Source of the DNA: Adineta vaga
Lineage: Eukaryota; Animalia; Rotifera
Direction of reading: 5' to 3'
DNA: 64,000 bases
NCBI GenBank assembly: GCA_021613535.1
Contig: CP075497.1
Coordinates: forward strand, 5,890,001 to 5,954,000
Within the stretch, counting starts at the first letter, position 1; each line of letters starts with the position of its first letter. The position numbers and the translations under genes are program-made. This document shows, one piece after another, positions 63,313 to 64,000 of this stretch. Under the pieces are notes generated by a model. That model was not told the DNA's origin, searched no databases, and worked only from the letters and a program-made list of their open reading frames with translations.

Positions 63313-64000
63313 AGACGCAGTTGTTCTTTTTCTACAATAATACTCGTATTGTGCTTTCCTGATTAGAGAAAGAATGAGAAGAAAAAAAACAGAACCTATT
63401 GTAATAATCAGTTGATCATCATCGCCAATCACGTATCGTTCGTTAATAAGCTGTACTTTTACCTTTGTATAGATGATTATAAAAAATAGAATCGCGACAA
63501 TCAGAATTTTCTTTGTCAATTTTCTTAAAACAAATGTCTACCAAGCTTTTCTCGTTTATGTTATGGAAAAATAACTGAAGAATAATGTCGCAGAAATGCA
63601 AACTATTCTTCAGAAACAAAAAACCTAATTCTTTTCTTTTCTTTGCTGTTCTCTGTCAATATTACTCGCAAGCATCAATTTATTTAATGAAATTTATTTA
63701 GACAAGATATTTGATATTCTATTCACGAAATTTTACTATGTTAAGAAATTAGAAATACACTAAGGAATTATATATATATATATTTCCATCATGAAATCTT
63801 CCTATATCATCGGATGATTGTTATCTATCTAATAAAAAGAAAGGTATCTTTTATAATGCTTATTATTTGTCATTATTCAGAAAAGATTAGCATATCAATA
63901 GTACAAAACAATGAATTGAGGAATTAATCATTACACAATTGTTTAAATAAATCAGCTTTCAATCTTCAATTGTTAATGAATAGGAAAAAAAATATTTAGG

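Noticed and set aside
63313-63519. Hydrophobic N-terminal extension making PLC paralog 3 a membrane protein
   Set aside because: Non-ATG start. The T-rich stretch ends in an acceptor (ctaatcag), as upstream of paralog 2, and the homologous Met is at 63312.
1-64000. tRNA, rRNA, telomeric repeats or an autonomous transposase/reverse transcriptase
   Set aside because: None recognised by eye. A covariance-model scan (tRNAscan-SE, Rfam) would be needed to exclude small RNAs.

Overview
AT-rich, gene-dense eukaryotic (animal) DNA with many short (~50-70 nt) GT-AG introns. It mixes core metazoan genes with intron-poor genes of non-metazoan type, a pattern most consistent with a bdelloid rotifer (inference). 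About 25 protein-coding genes can be reconstructed: TTC39, TPK1, TMEM68, a non-alpha nAChR-like Cys-loop subunit, an MS4A-like 4-TM gene, a Ly6/three-finger protein, a questin-oxidase-like (DUF4243) enzyme, a Q/N-rich Jhy-like protein, a collagen-C1q protein, PPT1, PRPF38A, MAP7, a SUEL-lectin membrane protein, a DUSP, a DnaJ/DnaJ-X protein, an ankyrin-CAP-Gly linker, CCDC28, an Rnl2-type RNA ligase, TMEM50-like and other membrane proteins, three PLC-delta-like genes, RanGAP1 and a fungal-type OLE1 desaturase. Notable structure: (i) three intronless genes nested in introns, two on the same strand as the host; (ii) an nAChR-like gene that hosts a 4-TM gene behind an in-frame splice acceptor and sits head-to-head with a Ly6 gene; (iii) a 1.2-kb foldback-like insertion with a 9-bp target-site duplication, an 84-bp tandem array and a 192-bp loop-less palindrome, which has rewritten a host C-terminus; (iv) four horizontal-transfer candidates, including a full-length T4-Rnl2-like ligase in a tightly packed same-strand run of genes; (v) patchwork near-identity, introns included, between two tandem PLC paralogs. 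Exon boundaries were read by eye and family calls rest on motif recognition, not database searches.
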